Shown one piece after another: positions 43,468 to 51,036 of a stretch of DNA of 64,000 bases; the stretch's first letter is position 1, and each line of letters starts with the position of its first letter. The position numbers and the translations under genes are program-made. The stretch covers positions 1,762-65,761 of the forward strand of contig CAZBUJ010000017.1 in NCBI GenBank assembly GCA_964495075.1. Direction: 5' to 3'. The DNA comes from an uncultured Phycisphaeraceae bacterium. Lineage in GTDB: Bacteria; Planctomycetota; Phycisphaerae; UBA1845. A model generated the notes under the pieces. That model saw only the letters and a program-made list of their open reading frames with translations. It did not search any database and had not been told where the DNA came from.

Positions 43468-44999
43468 CCGACAGAACGTTGTCCACGGCGTCTTCCGGTA
43501 TGAGATCCGCCGCCGCCCGTCTGGGCGAGAGCGGCGGTTCGGTGAAAGGCCGCGGGATCGATTGGCGAAGGGTGTTCTTCATCTTTCTCGGGATCGGCCT
43601 CTTCGTTCAGGTGTGGCTGTCGCCCCCATGGAGCCCCGTCACGGATCCCGAAGGCAAGACCTTCGTCCTGAGCCGAGAAGGCAAGATCTCCCTCGCCCTG
43701 TTTCTCCTCGCCGCCACCTGGTGGGTGACCGAAGTAATCCCCATCGGGATCACCGCCATCACGGTCGGTGTGGTGCAGGCCCTGTTCGTGATTCGCCCGG
43801 CTCGCACCGCGTTCACCGATTTCATGGATCCATCCGTCTGGTTCATATTCGGATCTTTGATGATCGGCATGGTGTTTACGAAAACCGGTTTCACACGACG
43901 TCTGGCATACAAGATGCTCTCCGTGGTGGGCGAGCGAACCAGCATGATCTACCTGGGGTGCTTCGTGATGACGGCGGCCCTCACGCTGGTGATGGCTCAT
44001 ACCGCGGTGGCCGCGACCGTCTACCCGCTGTTCCTCGCCATCTATGCCCTTTACGAGGAGGACGGGCGACCGACCCGGTTCGGCAAGGGGCTCTTCATGG
44101 GGATGGCGTTCGTTGCCGGAGCCGGCAGTATCGTTACCCTCCTCGGCGCGGCCCGCGGGGCGGTCGCCATTGGCTTTTTCCGGGAAATCACCGGACAGAC
44201 CGTCACCTTCTTCGGGCTTACCTATTACCTGTTCCCCGTGGGTGCGGTCATGACCCTGTTGCTGTGGGTCTTTGTGATGGTCTGGTACCGACCGGAAAAG
44301 AAGACAATCCCCGGCCTCCGGAACCGGGCCCAGCGATTGTACGCCAGCCTCGGCCCGATTTCCCGGAACGAAATCGTCGCCGTGGCGATTGTCGTGGCGG
44401 TGATCGTCGTTCTGAGCCTCCGGTCATTTGTCCCCACCCTTTCGTTCCTGGATAAAAGCGCCATCATCCTGTCCGCCACCGTGCTCTTCTTCCTGCTGAA
44501 GGTGGTCTCGCTGGAGGACCTGGAAGGCACCCCGTGGAACATCGTGCTGTTGTTCGGGGGCGCCATGAGCATCGGCTTCTGTTTGTGGCAAACCGGCGCC
44601 GCCGAGTGGCTGGCGGTGTCGTGGCTGAGCATGTTTCACGGCGCCTCGTGGTTCGTGTTCATCATGGGAATTGCATTCTTTGTTCTCATCATGACCAACC
44701 TGATCATGAACGTGGCGGCCATTGCCATCGTGCTGCCCGTGGCCCTCAAGATGGCCGAGTACGTCCACGTCGCATCCGATGTCATTCTCTTCTCGTGCCT
44801 GGTAACGGCGGGCATGCCGTTTCTGCTGATTGTCGGGGCAGCCCCCAACGCCATCGCCTACAACAGCAAGATGTTCACCACACGCGAGTTCTTCACGGCC
44901 GGCCTGCCGGCCAGCGCCATCCTCATGGTCGTGCTTGGCCTGTTCGTGTGGATCATCTGGCCGTTGATGGGAATGCCGATTCTCGTCCCGCCGACGTAA
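43464..44999 (+). CDS. SLC13/DASS family anion (sulfate or dicarboxylate) permease
   Basis: WWVTEVIPIGITA, MAHTA, GSIVTLLG, PWNIVLLFGG, TNLIMNVA, GAAPNAIAY. ATGA overlap with the CBS gene. Confidence 0.88.
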   Translation: MTDRTLSTASSGMRSAAARLGESGGSVKGRGIDWRRVFFIFLGIGLFVQVWLSPPWSPVTDPEGKTFVLSREGKISLALFLLAATWWVTEVIPIGITAITVGVVQALFVIRPARTAFTDFMDPSVWFIFGSLMIGMVFTKTGFTRRLAYKMLSVVGERTSMIYLGCFVMTAALTLVMAHTAVAATVYPLFLAIYALYEEDGRPTRFGKGLFMGMAFVAGAGSIVTLLGAARGAVAIGFFREITGQTVTFFGLTYYLFPVGAVMTLLLWVFVMVWYRPEKKTIPGLRNRAQRLYASLGPISRNEIVAVAIVVAVIVVLSLRSFVPTLSFLDKSAIILSATVLFFLLKVVSLEDLEGTPWNIVLLFGGAMSIGFCLWQTGAAEWLAVSWLSMFHGASWFVFIMGIAFFVLIMTNLIMNVAAIAIVLPVALKMAEYVHVASDVILFSCLVTAGMPFLLIVGAAPNAIAYNSKMFTTREFFTAGLPASAILMVVLGLFVWIIWPLMGMPILVPPT

Positions 45000-45037
45000 G
45001 TCGCCCCGTCGTCGCCTCCCGGAATGGTGAGGCCCTG

Positions 45038-46597
45038 TCAGAGCCGCAGCGTGAGTTGCACGTAAAGAGAATCACTGTCGTCGGCGGGCTGGGCCGTCCG
45101 CGTGACGAACGTGCCGGGCACGAAGTGCGCATAGCCGACCTGGATCGCCAGATGTCGTCCCATCTTATAGCTGGCCCGGAGGTCGATCTCCTGGCCGATG
45201 AAGGAGCCGGCCGCGCCGGTGGGATCACGCAGGCCGGGCACCGCCCAACCGTCCGTCGACGAGGCCAGCCAGTAAGCCCGGTAGAAGGCCTCCAGCCGAG
45301 CATCGGTCGTCGGGGCAAAGGAGCAGTAGGCCGTGGGGTTGATCATGTTCTCCCAGATAAACAGATCTGAGTACCCGTACATGGTGTGCGATGCGCCGTA
45401 GAGACGGTTGAATCGCTGGTTCACACCATCGTTCGGGTCGCGGTCGCCACTCGCATAATTGATCCAGCCGGCCACCCTCGCCCGGTACGGATGCGTAAAC
45501 GTGTAGCCGATCTCGGCGTGCATGGCGAAGGCTCGCCGGGTGAGGTCGCCATCGTCGCCGAACTGAAAAGCCGTGTCGAAATCGTAATCGAAGCCGGTCG
45601 CACCGATCAGGCCGAAGCCGTGAACGCCGATGGTGTGGATCTCCTCGTCCGCATCGTCGGGATCTTTGGCGTCGCGGTCGAGGATGAAATAGAAAAGGCT
45701 GAGGTTGACGTGTGGTGACCAGCCTCGCCAGTAGGCCGTCAGCCCGTAGAACCACGCCTCCTCGTCGCTTGGGTCGAGGGATAACGGACGGCACTCGACC
45801 GGCATCGCGGCAAAGAAATCGATCTCCCAGTCGGTCGTCTGCTCGCCCAGCGTGAGGCGGAACCCGTCGAAGGCGGTGGTGGAGTTGCGGAACCGGTTGC
45901 GGGCGACCAGGCGGCGGTCAATCGAGTCGAATGACATGCGCCCCACGCGAAACCGCAGCGGGTAGCCCTCCACGGCGGCGTCATGGACGTACAATTCGCC
46001 GAAGAGTTGAAGAACGTCGGCCTCATCGATGTTCGACCGGTCGACGAGGTCATCGCCGAACCTTCGCGAGTCCTGGAACTCCATTCCGAACCGCAGCGGA
46101 TCCAGGATCTCGCGAACGCCGACGTAGGCGCGGTTCCGCATGAAGAAGACGTTACCCGACTCCTGATCGGCACGGTAGTGGTCATCACGAAGCTCGAAGC
46201 GGGTACGCTGCTCGATGCCCACGTCGAACCAGTGGAACGACTCCAGGCCCTGCCGTCCGAACTGCCCGGCGTGAGCGGCGAGGGGCCGGAGGTATCCCGC
46301 CGGGTCGGGCTCGCGCTGGGCGCCGATGGCCGCGGAGTCGATGATCTCGCGGTTCGACGCGTCTTTCGGGACCGCCGCGACGCCGGCGTTTTGCGGGGCG
46401 ATGTCCGTCATGTCGTCCGCGACCGGTTGGGCAGGCTGGGTTGTGGCGGGCTGCGTGGTCGGGTCCCGCGGGGCCGGCTGCGATGCGGCGGTGTCACCGA
46501 TCCGCGGTTCTGGTCCACCGCTCACGGCGGTGGTCGCGCCGGGCAGCAGCACCGCCAGGCAAACGCACGCGCGCGTCATGCGGGCTGATCGGTTCAT
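45038..46597 (-). CDS. Alginate-export (AlgE-like) family outer-membrane beta-barrel protein
   Basis: Signal peptide, EQRTRFE, EFQDSR, RVGR..RLVA..FRN...FDG, YASGD, GQEIDL, terminal YVQLTLRL beta-signal. Confidence 0.8.
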   Translation of the reverse strand: MNRSARMTRACVCLAVLLPGATTAVSGGPEPRIGDTAASQPAPRDPTTQPATTQPAQPVADDMTDIAPQNAGVAAVPKDASNREIIDSAAIGAQREPDPAGYLRPLAAHAGQFGRQGLESFHWFDVGIEQRTRFELRDDHYRADQESGNVFFMRNRAYVGVREILDPLRFGMEFQDSRRFGDDLVDRSNIDEADVLQLFGELYVHDAAVEGYPLRFRVGRMSFDSIDRRLVARNRFRNSTTAFDGFRLTLGEQTTDWEIDFFAAMPVECRPLSLDPSDEEAWFYGLTAYWRGWSPHVNLSLFYFILDRDAKDPDDADEEIHTIGVHGFGLIGATGFDYDFDTAFQFGDDGDLTRRAFAMHAEIGYTFTHPYRARVAGWINYASGDRDPNDGVNQRFNRLYGASHTMYGYSDLFIWENMINPTAYCSFAPTTDARLEAFYRAYWLASSTDGWAVPGLRDPTGAAGSFIGQEIDLRASYKMGRHLAIQVGYAHFVPGTFVTRTAQPADDSDSLYVQLTLRL

Positions 46598-46609
46598 GGA
46601 ACAAACTGC

Positions 46610-48907
46610 TCACTCAGCCGAGTCAATCGCCGCCTTGAGTTGATGCCCGATCGGCCGGTCGGGGCACAGCTCGATCATGCGTTCGGCGAGGGCGCGGGCT
46701 TCGCCGAGGCGGCCCCGGCGAAACAGGTAATCCGTGTACGCGTGCAGATAGTCGAGCCCGTCCGGTTCGATCTCCAGCGCGCGGCGGAGCTTCTGCCCGG
46801 CCTCGTCCAGCCGGCCCAGTTGCTGCAGGAGCAATCCGAGGTTGTAGTGCACCCGGGCGTCGTTCGGTCGGGCTTCGGCGGCCCGCGCGAGCCACACCAA
46901 GCCCTCGTCAGGCCGGTCCATCTCGACCAGCAACAGGCCCAACGAGGACATCGCGTCGGACTGATCCGGATCATCCCGCACGAGCTCACGCAGCAAGGCT
47001 TCCGCTTCGTCGTTGCGTCCCTGGGCGTTCAACAGCACGGCGAGGTTTGCCTTTGCCGGCGCGAACAGATCGTCGATCGCGAGCGCGGCGCGATAGCAGC
47101 GCTCGGCGGCGGCCACGTCGCCGAGCGCGTACTCCAGGTTGCCGAGATTGAAGTTGGAGCTGGAGAAGTCGAGCGTGTAGGTCATCGACTGACGGTACTC
47201 GGCGAGAGCGGCGGAAAAGGCTTGCTGTTGGTACGGTTTCAGTCGGTCGCGTGGGACGCTCGCCAGGCGCGATACGGCCTCCAGGCGCACGGCTTTGACC
47301 GGATCCGAAAGCAACGGCGCGAGTCGCTCGATGTCGTCTATCGAACTCAGCGGAAGGTGGGCGGCGGCGCTGTGGCGGAGCAGCGCCTCGTCCCAGCCCG
47401 TTGCTGCCCGCAGTGCCGCGAGTCCGTCCGCGCGCGGTGCACGGGCCAGTAACTCGAGCGCGGTCGCGCGGACGATCGGAGCCTGCAGATCGCTTCCGGC
47501 CAGACGCACCAGCTCCGGCTGCGCCGCTGGGTCGCCCTGGCGGGCGGCGGCGAACGTCGTTCCGAAATGAGGCTTGCGGGCCTCGCCGTACCACCGGCGA
47601 TAGGCGTCCACGGACCACGCCAACGGCTGGTCGCTATGGCAGCCGGATTGCATGCAGGCGTTCGGCGTCCCGATCTCGGCCGAAAGGTCCGGGCGCGGCC
47701 TGCGGAAGCTGTGGTCGGCACGCCAGTCGATGACCATGTAACGCTGCTCGACCATATGGCACTTCACGCACTTCGCGCCGTCGGATTCCTGACCCTCGTG
47801 AAGCCTCTTGTGGAAGTGATGGTCACGCGTATCATAGACTTCGCGCTGGTGGCACTGCAAACACAGTTCGTTGCCCGGGCGATGCAGCTTCAGGCTGTGG
47901 CTGTCGTGGCAGTCCTGGCACGATACCGCCCGGGCGTACATCTTGCTCTGCAGGAACGAGCCGTAGACGTAGACCTCGCCAAGGATCTGACCGTCCGCGT
48001 GGTACAACCCCTCCTGAAGCAGGCTGGGCAACATGTAATCCAGCAGTTCGGCGCCGGTGTGGTCGTAGTCGCCCAACTCGGCCCGGCGGGAATGGCATGG
48101 CGCGCACAGCTCGACCAGTCGGCGTGACGCGATCGGTGACGTCGTGACCGCCAGCCCCATGTTCGGCAGTTCAGGACGCGCCATCGGCGGGATCTCCGCC
48201 CAGGCGACGTGGCGCGAGCCCGGACCGTGGCACGCCTCGCAGCCGACGTCGATGTCCGACCAGGTCGTGGCGTACGTGTCAGTCGCCGCGTCGTAACCCT
48301 TCCGCAGGTTGGTCGAATGGCACTCCGCGCACATCGAGTTCCAGTTCTGCCCGGCGCGGGTCCAGTGGAGCCAGTCGTCCGGCGGGATGTCGGCGTCCGG
48401 GTATTGCCGATACCAGCGGTCGCTCTCCACGTCCCAGGTCACGTTCAGCACTTGCAGCCGACCGCCGGGAAACGGCACAAGGTACTGCTGCAGCGGCTCG
48501 TGTCCGAAAACGTGGGTGATCTCGAACTCGGCCATCCGGCCGCCCGGTCCTTCCGTGAACACGAAGAACTTGCCGTCACGGCGGTAGAAGCGCGAGGTGA
48601 CGCCGCGGTACGTGAACGTCGCGCCCTCGAAGTCGCCGAGCACGGTATCGTCGGTGGCGATGTCCATCGCCTTGTCGTGATCGGAACCTTCCCAGCGGGC
48701 GTATTCGACGGGATGACACTCCTGACACGACGCCGTGCCGGCGAACGTCGGCTCGACCGCAGTGATGTCGCGCGGGCCCTGCGGGGCGGAACGCAGCAAC
48801 GATAACGGCACCGCTGCCACGATGGTGGCCAGCGCCGTCAGGCCCACGGCCTCCCAGCGCCCTAATCGGGGGCCGTGCCCGTCGGTGCCCCGCGACGCGG
48901 CGCTCAT
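46610..48907 (-). CDS. Membrane-anchored multiheme c-type cytochrome with HEAT/TPR C-terminus
   Basis: CQECH, CAECH, CEACH, CAPCH, CQDCH, CLQCH, CVKCH plus atypical CMQSGCH. N-terminal TM helix; TPR motifs (NLGNL, HYNLGLL). Confidence 0.88.
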   Translation of the reverse strand: MSAASRGTDGHGPRLGRWEAVGLTALATIVAAVPLSLLRSAPQGPRDITAVEPTFAGTASCQECHPVEYARWEGSDHDKAMDIATDDTVLGDFEGATFTYRGVTSRFYRRDGKFFVFTEGPGGRMAEFEITHVFGHEPLQQYLVPFPGGRLQVLNVTWDVESDRWYRQYPDADIPPDDWLHWTRAGQNWNSMCAECHSTNLRKGYDAATDTYATTWSDIDVGCEACHGPGSRHVAWAEIPPMARPELPNMGLAVTTSPIASRRLVELCAPCHSRRAELGDYDHTGAELLDYMLPSLLQEGLYHADGQILGEVYVYGSFLQSKMYARAVSCQDCHDSHSLKLHRPGNELCLQCHQREVYDTRDHHFHKRLHEGQESDGAKCVKCHMVEQRYMVIDWRADHSFRRPRPDLSAEIGTPNACMQSGCHSDQPLAWSVDAYRRWYGEARKPHFGTTFAAARQGDPAAQPELVRLAGSDLQAPIVRATALELLARAPRADGLAALRAATGWDEALLRHSAAAHLPLSSIDDIERLAPLLSDPVKAVRLEAVSRLASVPRDRLKPYQQQAFSAALAEYRQSMTYTLDFSSSNFNLGNLEYALGDVAAAERCYRAALAIDDLFAPAKANLAVLLNAQGRNDEAEALLRELVRDDPDQSDAMSSLGLLLVEMDRPDEGLVWLARAAEARPNDARVHYNLGLLLQQLGRLDEAGQKLRRALEIEPDGLDYLHAYTDYLFRRGRLGEARALAERMIELCPDRPIGHQLKAAIDSAE

Positions 48908-49452
48908 GGGTGGGCCTCTTGCGAGGCCAGGAACGACGTCCGCCGAATGCGTCGTGCCGTGTCGACCTTGACGATCCCATTCTCGATCCGGACTGGATAG
49001 AGGTCGAGGGGGCGGGACGCGGGCGGGGCCAACACCGCTCCGGTCATGTCAAAGGACGAAGCATGGCACGGGCACTTGAAACAACCGTCTTCTGCGTCCC
49101 AGGACGCGGTGCAGCCGAGATGCGTACACGTGCGGTCGAGGGCGAGGAAGCCACCGGTTTCGAGACGGGCAAGGTAGAACTTCCCGTCGGGGAACGCGGT
49201 TACCGAGTTGCGGGCGAAGCGATCCACCGGCCCCGCGATGACGACCGAGGCCTCGGCTGCGGCCCGCGCCCGCCGGGGCCGGAGAGTCGACGCCACGACC
49301 CAGAAGACCTCCACGGTGAGCGCCGCCACCAAACCGGTCCAGATCCAGTTCAGCAGGCGCCGGCGTGATGTGGAAGCAGGGACAGAGGCGGCGGCCTCCT
49401 GCACAGGCGAGTGCGTAACACTGGGCGGTTTGTCGGGGTTGTTACGGCTCAT
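48904..49452 (-). CDS. Rieske 2Fe-2S subunit of a Rieske/cytochrome b complex
   Basis: SRRRLL Tat-like motif + TM helix; CTHLGC and CPCHAS; PPASRPL. Confidence 0.9.
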   Translation of the reverse strand: MSRNNPDKPPSVTHSPVQEAAASVPASTSRRRLLNWIWTGLVAALTVEVFWVVASTLRPRRARAAAEASVVIAGPVDRFARNSVTAFPDGKFYLARLETGGFLALDRTCTHLGCTASWDAEDGCFKCPCHASSFDMTGAVLAPPASRPLDLYPVRIENGIVKVDTARRIRRTSFLASQEAHP

Positions 49453-49455
49453 GCC

Positions 49456-50808
49456 TCAGCCTCCCCACGGAGTCGTCAGTGCCATGCCTTCGCCGCGCCA
49501 GTATTCGCCGATGATGGTCAACGTCCCGAAAGTCAAGGCCAGGAATACCACGAGCGTCTGTACGGATTCGTTCCGGCCGAGTCCGAACCAGCGGCCCGTC
49601 ACGACGGTGACGAGCACGGCAGTAACGGCGTACGCGAGGGTCGGGATCACACCACGCACGAACCACCCGGGTCCGGCGACCGAGGCCGCGGCGGCGTCGA
49701 GCACCACACCCGCGACACAGATCGCGATCGCCGCGATCGCCGCGACGCCCGCCGCACGCCGTGCGGCGGCGGTCAGGAACCAACGTCCGGCGGGCCCGCG
49801 GTCGTCCCCCAGCCAGGGCAGGGCCACGAATCCGGCGACCGCCGTGAGAGGAAGCACCAGTACGGCGAATACCGGGTGCAGGTGGATGAGCATCTCCTGG
49901 AAACCCGTGAAATACCAGGGGGCTTTCGCCGGGTTCGGGCTCATGCCGAGATTGGCGCGTTCCCCGATCGGTGCACCGACCACCGCGCCCAGCAGAACCA
50001 CCGTGGCGAGCACCGCCAGGGCCTGGCAGATTTCGCGCATCAGCAGATCCGGAAAGAACATCACGGTACCATCGTCTCGGCTGTCGCTCTCAGTTCGGCG
50101 GTCGCTCGGATCGACCGCGGGCGGCTGGATCACGCCGCCGGCCTTCCGCACCCGCCAGAAGTGCAACGCCATGAGTGCGATGACCAGGGCCGGTAGCACG
50201 GTGGTGTGGAAGGTGTAAAAGGTCAGCAGCGTGTTAGGGCCGATCGTGGCGCCGCCGCGAACGGCCTGCTGCAAGGCTTCGCCGAGCCAGGGAATGTAGG
50301 CAAGCATGCCCGTCGAGATGGTGACGGCCCAGTACGCGCGCTGATCCCAGGGCAGCAGATAGCCGGTGAACGCGGCGGCGAGTACCAGGAGCATCAGGCC
50401 GGCGCCGATGATCCAGTTGAGCCGCCGCGGGCGGTGGTAGCCACCGGTGAGCACGACCCGCGCCACGTGCAGGAGGACGACGGCGATTAGCAGGTTGGCG
50501 CTCCAGTAGTGCATGCCGCGGACGAGCGGGCCGAAGCGGATCGCGGTGGAGAACGTGCGCACGGAATCGTACGCGCCGTCGGGGACGGGCTGGTAGACCA
50601 GCAGCATCAGCATCCCGGTGCACGCCAGCGTCACCCAGAGGACCAGCGACGAGCCTCCCAGGCCGAAGGTGTGCGTCCATCGAACCGAACGGCCCGATAT
50701 CCGGATCGGCCGGAGGTGAAGCAGGAACAGGCCGCGCGTCACGCGGGCCCGCTCAACATCGGTGCGGGGCCAGCCCCAGGCAGTGGTTTTCTTGACAGGG
50801 CTTGCCAT
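49456..50808 (-). CDS. Cytochrome b (b6-like N-terminal part fused to subunit IV-like part)
   Basis: RGMHYWSAN..LH, FTGYLLPWDQRAYWA, FHT..LHF, FFPD, NPAKAPWYF. Confidence 0.9.
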   Translation of the reverse strand: MASPVKKTTAWGWPRTDVERARVTRGLFLLHLRPIRISGRSVRWTHTFGLGGSSLVLWVTLACTGMLMLLVYQPVPDGAYDSVRTFSTAIRFGPLVRGMHYWSANLLIAVVLLHVARVVLTGGYHRPRRLNWIIGAGLMLLVLAAAFTGYLLPWDQRAYWAVTISTGMLAYIPWLGEALQQAVRGGATIGPNTLLTFYTFHTTVLPALVIALMALHFWRVRKAGGVIQPPAVDPSDRRTESDSRDDGTVMFFPDLLMREICQALAVLATVVLLGAVVGAPIGERANLGMSPNPAKAPWYFTGFQEMLIHLHPVFAVLVLPLTAVAGFVALPWLGDDRGPAGRWFLTAAARRAAGVAAIAAIAICVAGVVLDAAAASVAGPGWFVRGVIPTLAYAVTAVLVTVVTGRWFGLGRNESVQTLVVFLALTFGTLTIIGEYWRGEGMALTTPWGG

Positions 50809-50855
50809 CGCGTTTCGCTCTGTCGCGGATCACGGCTGCGGTGCAACCAGTCGAC

Positions 50856-50883
50856 AGTCTAGCGGGCGACAAGTGGCTTTCAA
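50856..50883 (-). promoter_or_regulatory. Sigma70-type promoter candidate for the cytochrome b operon
   Basis: Minus strand TTGAAA-N16-TAGACT, about 50 nt upstream of the ATG. Confidence 0.5.
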
Positions 50884-51036
50884 GCGACAGCCGGCCCGCT
50901 TCCGTCCCAACGCCGGCAAACCGCGCCCGGAGAGATTCGGACGGCACCCAGGCTGCGCAGGTGCTCGCGCCGACGCGCTCGTGTCGAGGTCGTGGAAAAC
51001 GTTGGCGGTGTGGGCCGGAGGCCGCGGATGCGCCCC

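Noticed and set aside
45038..46597. Alginate biosynthesis/export system
   Set aside because: No alg synthase, polymerase or epimerase genes; the family name only indicates a barrel fold.
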